Part shown: piece by piece, positions 38,535 to 46,903 of the stretch
Position numbering within the stretch: the stretch's first letter is position 1
Layout: each line of letters starts with the position of its first letter
IMG/VR virus record: IMGVR_UViG_3300005259_000041
Source: an uncultured virus (IMG/VR IMGVR_UViG_3300005259_000041)
Taxonomy: Duplodnaviria; Heunggongvirae; Uroviricota; Caudoviricetes
Length of the DNA: 48,952 nucleotides
Direction: 5' to 3' (one strand)
Made by a program: the position numbers and the translations under genes
Notes under the pieces: model-generated
The model's input: the letters and a program-made list of their open reading frames with translations, nothing else
The model's database searches: none
What the model was told of the DNA's origin: nothing

Positions 38535-39225
38535 TACCACCGCATGTCGAAACCGGGGCGCAGCAAAGCCCAGCCAGTTTACCCTGGCTACGTGACGGTG
38601 GATAAAGGGTAGGTCCAGTGATACTGCACATCACCTAATCCCCGGCGTGGACAGCATGTCTGAGACGAGGCTCTTAGACCAGATGTGACGGTACGAGTCG
38701 CCGCCTTATGCGACGACGGAGAGCCGCTTTAGCGACTCTAAAGACTGGGCACCTAAACAGCAGGCGGGTGGCTAGTTTAGGAAGATACAGCATTAACCGC
38801 TGCATGTAAGGGTATGGATCCCCGTTGGTTGGAAACAAATCCCAATCAAGCGTGACGGCGGTTAAGTGAGGGTAGGCTTAGCGAAGGTTGATACTGCATG
38901 CGCACGGCACTCTACGGCCAAGTCGGGGCGTGACAGTATAATCCGTGCTGAAGCAGGCGGAAGGCTAAGCGGTTAGACGGCAGGAGGGTGGCCAGTCTAA
39001 TGAATGATACTGATTCAACTGTCGCATGCATTCCCAGTGTATGGGGAGACTTATATTCCCATACATCAAAAGGTGGATGGCGAGCGATAGATGCTCACCT
39101 ATACCAGCGTGTCGACAGTAGGTAGGTTGGCCGTTCGTTGTTACTGTAGATGCGAGAGAAGTCTCTCCCTACGGTAAAGAAGAAGGGGCCGACGTGATAG
39201 CAGCAGGAGGGTGGCGGCTATCTAT
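38535..39225 (+). ncRNA. Candidate large structured ncRNA made of three tandem A+B hairpin modules
   Basis: No sense ORF of 60 aa or more; repeated loops GGTAG (x3) and GCAGG(C/A)GGGTGGC (x3) closed by covarying stems. Confidence 0.75.
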
Positions 39226-39240
39226 AGAAAGGGGGTGCGG

Positions 39241-39558
39241 ATGGTACAACAGTTGGACATTCATCAAGCAGTAGCAGCAGCGAAGCATCTCATTCGCTTC
39301 CCCCACAGTAGAAAGGCGTGGGAGACACTGGCGAGCAACACTTATCCCATGCATGGTTCGGCTGATGCAACCTGCCCCTTTGACTGTCAGGATTGTCCGT
39401 TGAGAGGGGGCTGTTCTATTCTTAACCTGCCTGAGTTTGTCTGTGGTCGGACTACCCATCGGGAGGCGACTAAGACAAATAAGATGGGAGAGGTCATCCT
39501 CCTCCTCATCCAGTATGTGGCTTATGTGGAGTCTAAGGGGGTGCTAGATGAAACATAA
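39241..39558 (+). CDS. Cys4-family protein
   Basis: AWETL...CPFDCQDCPL...VC; GEVILLLIQYVAYVE. Confidence 0.75.
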   Translation: MVQQLDIHQAVAAAKHLIRFPHSRKAWETLASNTYPMHGSADATCPFDCQDCPLRGGCSILNLPEFVCGRTTHREATKTNKMGEVILLLIQYVAYVESKGVLDET

Positions 39559-39567
39559 GGGTACATC

Positions 39568-39810
39568 ATGATTTTCACCTTCATAAGCGTAAGAGCGCCT
39601 GGCAAGAAAATCATCATTGATTCCATTGCCAAGGACAAGGGCACCTTTCAACCCGGCTCGTATGTACCCACCAACGAGCAGGAGTTACTGGGGGTTCTTG
39701 AGGAAGCCTACGAGATTCAGGAAGATCTCATATGGCAAATGGAGCACCGACCAATGTGGGCACGGGCTAATGGCTACGATATCATCTACGGTAATGGGGA
39801 GGAGCCTTAG
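39568..39810 (+). CDS. Hypothetical protein
   Basis: 80 aa in operon. Confidence 0.6.
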   Translation: MIFTFISVRAPGKKIIIDSIAKDKGTFQPGSYVPTNEQELLGVLEEAYEIQEDLIWQMEHRPMWARANGYDIIYGNGEEP

Positions 39811-39825
39811 TTAAGGAGGTACGCC

Positions 39826-40203
39826 ATGGAGTTCGGATGGAGAGACTATCGGGTGTCTGGCCCGGTGTGGAACGAGAGGGGGCTCTTTTTCAGTTTCATC
39901 ACACCGGCCGATTGCGTGGACCCCTGCCCCTGCTGCAACGAACTGTCGGTGCACTTGTCGGCTGCCATCGTGGAGGAGATTAACAACTCCTCCAACATTC
40001 ACTACCTCGACATCGAGCGCGTTGACGGTGGTGGGGCCGGTGGCGGGGAAGCCTTCGGGAACCGGGGGCGCCTCAAGGACATCGTGAAGGACCCGGAGGA
40101 GGGAATCATCTTCCGCTATTACAATGGGCGGAAGAAGGCGTACACAGTAACCCTCTCTCATGAGAAGTGGCAGGAACTGAGCCACGTTCGGATGCCCCTT
40201 TAG
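39826..40203 (+). CDS. Hypothetical protein
   Basis: AAGGAGGT RBS, 125 aa. Confidence 0.7.
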   Translation: MEFGWRDYRVSGPVWNERGLFFSFITPADCVDPCPCCNELSVHLSAAIVEEINNSSNIHYLDIERVDGGGAGGGEAFGNRGRLKDIVKDPEEGIIFRYYNGRKKAYTVTLSHEKWQELSHVRMPL

Positions 40204-40392
40204 TATGGGAGGAGCCTTAATCTTTATCCTGGCCCTTTCCTCTTCCTGAAACCCAGTATACATTCTTCCCCCTCCCTCTAAAATGGGAGAATCGCATAGT
40301 CGCAGCCAGTATCAAATCCATGTGTTGATGTACAGGATAAGATACTGACTGTTCTAATGCCTCGCTATCTCCCCTTTCAATAAGGAGGATGG

Positions 40393-40779
40393 ATGGGAAA
40401 TCCGTGGGTGAAAGAACAAGTCGGGATTGTGAACCAACTGCTGAAGGACCCAGATAATGTCCAACTCTGGGAACAGTTGGCCTGTATTACGGGGACTCAA
40501 CGCCTAGACGACAATACTACTGTCCAATGTTGCCGGTTTGACCCATACCGAAATGCCATTGAGTTAAGCCGGTGTGATTCCTGTCCCCTGAGGGTGGACA
40601 GAACGGACGAGATGAGAGGACTGGGAGGGCCAATAGCACAATACCTCTGTCGTAGGTATCGTGGTCAGCAAACCTGGAACATTGAGTCTGGTGAAATCGT
40701 CCGCAGGCTGCTGGAGTTCCTGGCCTTTATCCAGGTCGAGCCTCCAACCCTGAAGGTCAAGAAGAGCCGTGCCCGCTAG
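40393..40779 (+). CDS. Cys4-family protein (tandem copy 1)
   Basis: LWEQL..ITG...C...CDSCPL...YLC...GEIVRRLLEFLAFIQ. Confidence 0.8.
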   Translation: MGNPWVKEQVGIVNQLLKDPDNVQLWEQLACITGTQRLDDNTTVQCCRFDPYRNAIELSRCDSCPLRVDRTDEMRGLGGPIAQYLCRRYRGQQTWNIESGEIVRRLLEFLAFIQVEPPTLKVKKSRAR

Positions 40780-41119
40780 ACGACCAAAGACACCAGCAGA
40801 AACGGCTTGGCAAGTTCGTCTGGCAAAGGAACTGCTAGATGAACTACATAACCCAGTCCTATGGGCACAGTTAAGTGATATTACTGGCTATCGGTATAGA
40901 GGCAATACGCCAGTAGATTACTGTCCAGACTTGCCCGATGGAGCCAGATGTAAGCATTGCCCCTTGAGAACTGGGGACGTTCCACCTGAGATGAGCAGGA
41001 TGGATCAGTATCTTTGTCGTCCCCAATGGATTAACGGGGCATTGGTTGGGGGTTCTGGCCTGGAAGACGGAGAGTTAACCCGAAGGCTGCTGGAGTTCAT
41101 AGCCTTCATTCAACTATAG
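40769..41119 (+). CDS. Cys4-family protein (tandem copy 2)
   Basis: LWAQL..ITG...C...CKHCPL...YLC...GELTRRLLEFIAFIQ. Confidence 0.8.
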   Translation: MPARRPKTPAETAWQVRLAKELLDELHNPVLWAQLSDITGYRYRGNTPVDYCPDLPDGARCKHCPLRTGDVPPEMSRMDQYLCRPQWINGALVGGSGLEDGELTRRLLEFIAFIQL

Positions 41120-41146
41120 GAGACTGCCTATGAAGCACGGTGTACC

Positions 41147-41506
41147 ATGAGCAGATTTAGGGCTTGTCCAAAGGGTCAAGTCAAGGCTGCACAGTATCTT
41201 CTTCATCACCTGACAGACCTTGAAGCCTGGAAGGAGTTGGAGAAAGTTACTGGAGATACTGGCTCGTTCGAGAAGGGCGTACACCGTTGCAATGACCCGA
41301 TGTTTCCCGAAGGGCCACGAGGGAAGTCGATTTACTGTGACCATTGTCCACTCAACCTGGTTCTCACCGGGCGTTTTGATAATGGCCACTACCTCTGTCG
41401 GTACAAGCATCCGAACTACACCCGCTTTACTCTGTCGGACGGTGAGATAACTCTGAAACTCCTGGAGTTTATCGCATACGTCCAAGCGACTTTCCCGAAC
41501 GCATGA
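41147..41506 (+). CDS. Cys4-family protein (tandem copy 3)
   Basis: AWKEL..VTG...C...CDHCPL...YLC...GEITLKLLEFIAYVQ. Confidence 0.8.
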   Translation: MSRFRACPKGQVKAAQYLLHHLTDLEAWKELEKVTGDTGSFEKGVHRCNDPMFPEGPRGKSIYCDHCPLNLVLTGRFDNGHYLCRYKHPNYTRFTLSDGEITLKLLEFIAYVQATFPNA

Positions 41507-41765
41507 TTACCTGGGCTGAACGGAACGCTAAGACNNNNNNNNNNNNNNNNNNNNNNNNNNNNNNNNNNNNNNNNNNNNNNNNNNNNNNNNNAAGCGTGGC
41601 TGCCTTCAATGTCCCCTCTTCATCAAAGAGTGTTTGCGCGATGGGGGCCAAACACAGGCCGACAGTTACATCTGCTGCAAGGGAATCTGGGACATGAGGA
41701 TAGACTTAAGTGAGGGCGAAATCACTCGTCGCTTGCTAGAGTTTATCGCCTATGTCCAACTCTGA
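41503..41765 (+). CDS. Cys4-family protein (tandem copy 4; spans N gap)
   Basis: After the gap a different frame reads CLQCPL...YICC...GEITRRLLEFIAYVQL*. Confidence 0.7.
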
Positions 41766-42000
41766 AAGGAAGGATACTGCGATGGCGAACATCAGTCAGC
41801 GTCAGCGTGCGGCGGAGCGTCAGGTTTCGGTTTCCAAACTGCGCCGCGACTCGCTCAAGACCAACCGCAGTTTCGGGCAGACGACGAAAGTCAACATGCC
41901 CAAGAAGAGCAAGGTCCGCTAGTATCCAGAATCAGTATACTGGCTTTAACATAGGTCAGTATACTGAATTGTGGACACCAGCCGCTAGAAAGGAGGGAAG

Positions 42001-42531
42001 ATGAAATCGTTGCGGGGACTTCGGAGCGTCGGTAGTGGCTACTTGAAGGAAATGTTCAATGATCCCAAGTATGCCCGGTTCGTCGTGGAGTCTACCATCA
42101 AGTTCATNNCGAAGTTTCCTGATGCTGGGCTGATTGTTACTGGCCTGAGCGGAAGCCTGCTGGGGTATTCCATTATGCTCCAGGGTGAAATCCCCGTAGC
42201 CTTCGTCCGTAAGCCCTATAGGGTCGAGCAGTCACACGGAATGCCCATCGAAGGTTACATGGTGGAGAAGGTCATCTTCTTCGATGACTTAATCTCCGGC
42301 GGAGGTACCTTCGACTTCATCGGGAAGAGCATCGAGAAGTGGAATAAGAACCACTCCTCGCCGACCACTCTCAAGGCGGTCTTGCTCTGGAACCACTACG
42401 ACAGTGTCAATGCTGGAGTCACGGGTTCTCATCCCTTCTATCGCCTGGGAACTTGGCGGGTTGGATTTGAGAGATGGGACCCCGATGAGAGTGTCTGGAA
42501 CAAACTCAAGACCCCCAAGATTCGGAGGTGA
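42001..42531 (+). CDS. Type I phosphoribosyltransferase-domain protein
   Basis: IVTGLSG, AFVRK...SHG, PRPP-binding loop VIFFDDLISGGGT. Confidence 0.8.
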   Translation: MKSLRGLRSVGSGYLKEMFNDPKYARFVVESTIKFXXKFPDAGLIVTGLSGSLLGYSIMLQGEIPVAFVRKPYRVEQSHGMPIEGYMVEKVIFFDDLISGGGTFDFIGKSIEKWNKNHSSPTTLKAVLLWNHYDSVNAGVTGSHPFYRLGTWRVGFERWDPDESVWNKLKTPKIRR

Positions 42532-42532
42532 C

Positions 42533-42790
42533 ATGAACCAAAGGCAGAGGAAACTGGAAGTCGTGCGGGAGTGCTATCGGAAAGTCATCCTCGACCAGGG
42601 TAAAGCCTTGAAGTTGAGGGACCGGCTCCAGAGAATCTCCCAGTTGCACGGGCGAAATGCCGATGGTTCTATGGTCTTTCTCGTCCGGGTCTGCAACTGC
42701 TGCTGGAAGAACCCGAACCACGACCCGCACTACGAAATCCTCAAGGAGACCGAGGTCCGCAACATTCCCCATTACGACGTTCTTTCGTAG
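42533..42790 (+). CDS. Hypothetical protein
   Basis: GGAGGTG RBS before MNQRQ. Confidence 0.65.
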   Translation: MNQRQRKLEVVRECYRKVILDQGKALKLRDRLQRISQLHGRNADGSMVFLVRVCNCCWKNPNHDPHYEILKETEVRNIPHYDVLS

Positions 42791-42800
42791 GGAGGGAATC

Positions 42801-43250
42801 ATGGTACTGGCAGACTTTCATCCTGGCGACCGAGTTATGGTCGTGAAAGAAGAGAACTGGGGAAATCGCCAGAGACTCGTGAGGAAGACTGGGGTGGTGG
42901 TCAAGACCCTGAATTGTCACGAGGATGGCGTGGTGATGGTTAACATGGACGACAGGAGGTATAGGCAGCAGACCTTCTATCCGTCCCAACTCAGTATCCT
43001 TGCTCCCTGCAACATTCCCGATACTGGGGAGTTTACGCTACTGCCCGACACGGTAACCGACGTGGACTTTCGGCCCGGAGATAAGGTTCGGGTTCTGAAA
43101 GACCCTCTGATTTTTCTGATTGGGCAGCGGGGGACAATCCAGGGGCTTCGTATCATTAACACGGAGATACTGGTCGACGTGAAGATGGACGACCCGAGAC
43201 TTCCCCTTCGGAACTTTTACCCCGAGCAGTTGGAGAGGGTTCGGGAGTAG
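42801..43250 (+). CDS. Tandem KOW/SH3-like domain protein
   Basis: Two repeats DF.PGD.V.V...G.V/I...V.MDD.R...FYP.QL. Confidence 0.7.
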   Translation: MVLADFHPGDRVMVVKEENWGNRQRLVRKTGVVVKTLNCHEDGVVMVNMDDRRYRQQTFYPSQLSILAPCNIPDTGEFTLLPDTVTDVDFRPGDKVRVLKDPLIFLIGQRGTIQGLRIINTEILVDVKMDDPRLPLRNFYPEQLERVRE

Positions 43251-43260
43251 GATTTATACT

Positions 43261-43336
43261 GGGCAGTTCGACCAGCGGCGAGGTCCCGGTCCTCATAAGA
43301 CCGTCGACGGGGGTTCGAATCCCTCACTGCCCACCA
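43261..43336 (+). tRNA. tRNA with CAT anticodon (elongator Met or Ile2)
   Basis: Acceptor GGGCAGT/ACTGCCC, anticodon arm CGGTC-CTCATAA-GACCG, GTTCGAAT, encoded CCA; lacks initiator features. Confidence 0.9.
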
Positions 43337-43337
43337 T

Positions 43338-43412
43338 GGGCCCGTAACTCAATGGTAGAGTACCGCCCTTTTAAGGCGGGAGTTGAGGGTTCGAGTCCCT
43401 CCGAGCCCACCA
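43338..43412 (+). tRNA. tRNA-Lys(TTT)
   Basis: Anticodon arm CCGCC-CTTTTAA-GGCGG, GTTCGAGT, encoded CCA. Confidence 0.92.
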
Positions 43413-43450
43413 CTTATCTTACACAGGCGAAAGCCAGGAAGGAGGTAACC

Positions 43451-43828
43451 GTGCCGTGCAATTGCGGTAATTGCCATTTCGGATTCAACTGTTCCAAAGA
43501 GTGGCAGGCTCTCCACCCTGGAACGACTTGGTGGGCCTGCGAGTTCTGTGGACTCTATCAGGCTTCGGCTCCCATGTGCAACGGGTGTGAGATGCAGGAG
43601 GATAACAAGCCCGGCATGAAGCGGTATGAGTTTAAGCGGCGCTCGCCATTCTCGGGTATGCTCCACTCCATGGTTATCCAGATGACGGAGCGGCAGTTCG
43701 CGGAACTCGCCCAGCCCAGCGGTCGGCACATTCAGGACATTCTCCCCCACTGCACACCCGACGAGAGGGAGTTCATCATGACCGGTATCACCCCCGAGGA
43801 ATGGGAGCAGACCTTCGGGAAGAAGTAG
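43451..43828 (+). CDS. Zinc-finger phage protein
   Basis: GGAGGT RBS and GTG start; several CxxC; IQDILPHCTPDEREFIMTGITPEEW tail. Confidence 0.7.
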   Translation: MPCNCGNCHFGFNCSKEWQALHPGTTWWACEFCGLYQASAPMCNGCEMQEDNKPGMKRYEFKRRSPFSGMLHSMVIQMTERQFAELAQPSGRHIQDILPHCTPDEREFIMTGITPEEWEQTFGKK

Positions 43829-43835
43829 TTACTTT

Positions 43836-43921
43836 GCGGCTGTGGTGGAATGGCATACACTACAGACTTAAAATCTGTTGCCCGTAAGGGATTGGGGGTT
43901 CGACTCCCCCCAGCCGCACCA
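43836..43921 (+). tRNA. tRNA-Leu(TAA)
   Basis: Acceptor GCGGCTG/CAGCCGC, ACAGA-CTTAAAA-TCTGT, long variable arm, CCA. Confidence 0.92.
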
Positions 43922-44150
43922 GCCCTTCCCAGTATCTTATCCTCGTCCGACCCGAGAAGATACTGCTTACTGGTATCCCGCAATGGGATACTGTACAATC
44001 GTAGGGCCCACGATATGGCATAGGAAGGATAAGCCTTACCTACCTATTGTGGGGACGGAGAGTAGTACCGCAATACTGGATATTGGTGGGTCCAGAATAC
44101 CGGTACTTGCGGCAACCCTGAAACTGGACTCAAATCAGGAGTTACATCAG

Positions 44151-44552
44151 ATGAACATCTTCAAGACCAAGGGCATCGGCGTCGCGTTCACCGTGAAGGT
44201 CACCCGCAAGCCCAAGTTCGTCGAGGGCAAGCCCGAACTTTCCCAGAAGGGGATCTACTCCCTGACGGTGAAGGGCGGAACCAAGACCTACACGACCACC
44301 TGCACGGGCAGCGGCGAGTTGTTCGCCAAGGCCTGGGCGCTCCTCGCGGCCCACTTCCCCAAGGCGTACGAGAAGGCCACCGCCATCGCCAAGGCCCAGC
44401 GCACCGAGAACCGCGCCAAGGCCAAGGCCGTGCGGAAGGCCAAGAAGGCGGCCGCCGCGCCGTCGGACGTGAAGTCCCTGCTCACCCTGCTCAACCGGCA
44501 GGGCAAGGGCAAGGGCAAGGGCAACGGCAAGATCGTCGCCCTCTTCCTGTAG
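44151..44552 (+). CDS. Lys/Ala-rich basic protein, paralog 2
   Basis: AGGAG RBS before MNIFKTKG; KFVEGKPE, KAKKAAAAP, LLTLLNRQ, GNGKIVALFL shared with 35804..36196. Confidence 0.85.
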   Translation: MNIFKTKGIGVAFTVKVTRKPKFVEGKPELSQKGIYSLTVKGGTKTYTTTCTGSGELFAKAWALLAAHFPKAYEKATAIAKAQRTENRAKAKAVRKAKKAAAAPSDVKSLLTLLNRQGKGKGKGNGKIVALFL

Positions 44553-44934
44553 TCGGAACTTAACCGACTACCACAATCTGAATTAACTCATGGGGAAGCC
44601 CTTAGTCGGGCTTCCTCAATCCTGCCAACACCCTATCGCTGGAGGGGCAGGGTAAGCGGACTTAGTACAGTTCGCAGGCGATGGGGTATAGAGTCTAGAG
44701 GGAGGTGCATAATCAAAACAGGCGGGAAGGTGGTGGTCTCGCGCTCCCTAATCGTTATGACGGAGGAGGGCAAGGTGATTTGTACTTGCGCTCCCATCTT
44801 CGGTGAACTGAGTATCGGGCTTGAGGAAGCCAAAGAAAACGCCCAGTTCATTGCGGATGCCTTCAACGCCGTCAACAAGAGAGCGCAGACCTCCAAGGCG
44901 AAACCCAAACGGAAGAAGTGACAGGAGGTTTACG

Positions 44935-45198
44935 ATGAGCGAGAAGAAGGGAACCCTCGGCAGCGTTCTGGCGAAAGCCCTCCACAACACCCCCATCGAG
45001 GCTCGCATCAAGGAGGAGAAGTTCAACGCCTCCCAGCGCGAGTGGCTCAAGGACATCCTCATGCGCGACCTGCGTCTGGTCGAGGCGAAGGTCCTGACCG
45101 ACGCCATCCACGAGGCGTCCATCCGCATCAACAAGGGCGAGAACGAGTGGCGCCTGCTCCGCGACAAGGCCGTGCGGGCGCTGTCGCTCCGCAAGTAG
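44935..45198 (+). CDS. Hypothetical protein
   Basis: AGGAGGT RBS, high GC3. Confidence 0.7.
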   Translation: MSEKKGTLGSVLAKALHNTPIEARIKEEKFNASQREWLKDILMRDLRLVEAKVLTDAIHEASIRINKGENEWRLLRDKAVRALSLRK

Positions 45199-45199
45199 T

Positions 45200-45514
45200 A
45201 TGTTTCTGGCAGAACAGCACATCCTCCTTAGCGAACTGGTTGAGACGTACATCGACACATACCGAGACAGGATGTCGATGCGTCTCGCTGATGGCAGGAC
45301 CCCCACTGAAGTTTTGGAAGCCTTGACGAATGTCGATTTAGATGACCCAGAGGCGGCCAAGAAGTTTGATGCAATCCTCGGCAACCAGATTTGGACTACT
45401 TACCAGTGTGGGGAATGCTTCAAGCAGTTTGAGAGGGTGGTCTTTCTCCAACAGAGCGACCACAGGGGCATCTGTGAAGATTGCCTCAAGAGCGCTCTGG
45501 GCCTCTTTGCTTAG
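45200..45514 (+). CDS. Zinc-finger protein
   Basis: QCGEC...ICEDCLKSAL. Confidence 0.7.
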   Translation: MFLAEQHILLSELVETYIDTYRDRMSMRLADGRTPTEVLEALTNVDLDDPEAAKKFDAILGNQIWTTYQCGECFKQFERVVFLQQSDHRGICEDCLKSALGLFA

Positions 45515-45709
45515 GCACATCTAGTCTACTCCGGATAGGTCGGCCAGGTACATTCGCCGGGATTATCTTGGAGGTGGGATAGGCATTGGCATAGGGCTAT
45601 GTGGGTGTGAACGGTCGCAAGGCCCGGAGTGACCACATGTCATTAGTTATGTCATGTAAGCCCTATCCCTTTAAGGCTTTACCAGTATCAACCTTCGTAG
45701 GAGACAGAC

Positions 45710-46468
45710 ATGAGAAGGCGCAATCCTAAGGTATTGGTACTGGATGGTGAGGTTGTCGGGAAGCCGAGTGAAGTAGACTGCGTTAACCACAGAGCCGTCG
45801 AGTATATCAACAGGGACAGATTTAACGCCAGCACCAATAAGATGAAACTGCACACCTTCATCTACGACTTCCTCATCCAGTCTCTCATCTCAATTGGCAG
45901 CTGGACTCCTTCCCCGAAACTGCTCTCGCTCTGTGGTCCAGAACTCGAAGGGCATCATGCACTGTGGATGGAAGCCCTCAAGCGTCACGACAAGAAGGAC
46001 TCCACTCCCACATTCATCGAGAGAAGCAGCGCAGTTATCCAGGAAAACAATCTTATCGGCCAGGCCGTCAAGTGCAAAGCGACACTGGTCGAGGGAAGTG
46101 TCGAGGATTACATCGATGGGTCCTTCACCTGTCTCGACCTCGATTACTGTCAGAACTTCAAATCAATTGCCAAGACGCTCTTCCCTTCTCTGAAGAAACG
46201 GACACTCCCTGTCGTATTCGCTCTCCATATTACTGGGGGATACAGAGGGAAGGGGAAGAACGGAGTTGCTGGCGGTGTTACCAGTGAGGAGCGTGATGCC
46301 ATCCTGTACCGTCTCGACCGCCTTATCGGCAGGAAGATGTATGGGAAGGGATACGCCTGGGAAGAGCCGACGAAAGAAATCCTGGGCGGAAAGTATTGTG
46401 CTCCGATGAGATGCGTCCTCCGGTCTTATCATAAAGACTACGCTCGGATTGCTCGGGAACTTTCTTAA
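45710..46468 (+). CDS. Hypothetical protein, possible SAM-dependent methyltransferase fold
   Basis: LLSLCGP / FIER / EGSVEDY / CLDLDYC spacing is Rossmann-MTase-like. Confidence 0.5.
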   Translation: MRRRNPKVLVLDGEVVGKPSEVDCVNHRAVEYINRDRFNASTNKMKLHTFIYDFLIQSLISIGSWTPSPKLLSLCGPELEGHHALWMEALKRHDKKDSTPTFIERSSAVIQENNLIGQAVKCKATLVEGSVEDYIDGSFTCLDLDYCQNFKSIAKTLFPSLKKRTLPVVFALHITGGYRGKGKNGVAGGVTSEERDAILYRLDRLIGRKMYGKGYAWEEPTKEILGGKYCAPMRCVLRSYHKDYARIARELS

Positions 46469-46528
46469 TCACAGCGAGGTGAGGATGGAGAACAAGCAGC
46501 CTCAAATCCCCGCAAGGAAGGGGGATAA

Positions 46529-46903
46529 TTGACAACCAAAGCCGAACGGGAGATACCGGCTAACATGAGGGAGTACGTCAAAGCCGCTCGGTCCATCTTC
46601 AGGGACGAGATAAAGCAATACTTGGCGAACCCCTCAAGAAAGAATCTGTCTACCTTTCTCCAGTCAAAGGATAGGATGGTATGGCGAGAGCGGGAAGATG
46701 AGCCCGAGAAGGACAGATGTGTGTTGCTGCCCTTCACCTCATGCCTGGATTGTCCTTGCATGGAGAACGATGAGTATTGGCGGATGGCCGGTATGTCCCA
46801 TGGGTTCTGCCACTTATCCGTTGGTAGCGAGATAGTTGGTGAGCCGGTATCTTTAACCGTGCCTTTAATCCAAAAGGTACTGGACATGATGGGGCCAGAA
46901 TGA
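46529..46903 (+). CDS. Cys4-family-like protein
   Basis: RCVL...SCLDCPC...FC. Confidence 0.55.
   Translation: MTTKAEREIPANMREYVKAARSIFRDEIKQYLANPSRKNLSTFLQSKDRMVWREREDEPEKDRCVLLPFTSCLDCPCMENDEYWRMAGMSHGFCHLSVGSEIVGEPVSLTVPLIQKVLDMMGPE

Larger units (their letters stand above)
35333..45690. repeat. Dispersed GATACTGG/CCAGTATC motif clusters, mostly intergenic
   Basis: e.g. 35333, 35369, 35483, 35717, 35754, 35781, 36198, 36226, 36245, 37120, 37212, 37570, 38141, 38484, 38505, 38523, 40306, 43929, 45682. Confidence 0.85.

Noticed and set aside
35723..38566. Long minus-strand ORFs 35723..36328 and 37526..38566
   Set aside because: Antisense shadows of high-GC3 plus-strand genes that have good RBSs.
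35333..39225. CRISPR array from GATACTGG repeats or the ncRNA modules
   Set aside because: Repeats are 8-14 bp, in both orientations and irregularly spaced; no constant repeat-spacer period and no cas genes.
38535..39225. Group I/II intron, rRNA, tmRNA or RNase P RNA
   Set aside because: No interrupted gene flanks it, and I could not recognise the hallmark motifs of these RNAs.
43352..44150. Extended starts at 43352 and 43878
   Set aside because: They run through tRNA genes; RBS-supported starts are 43451 and 44151.
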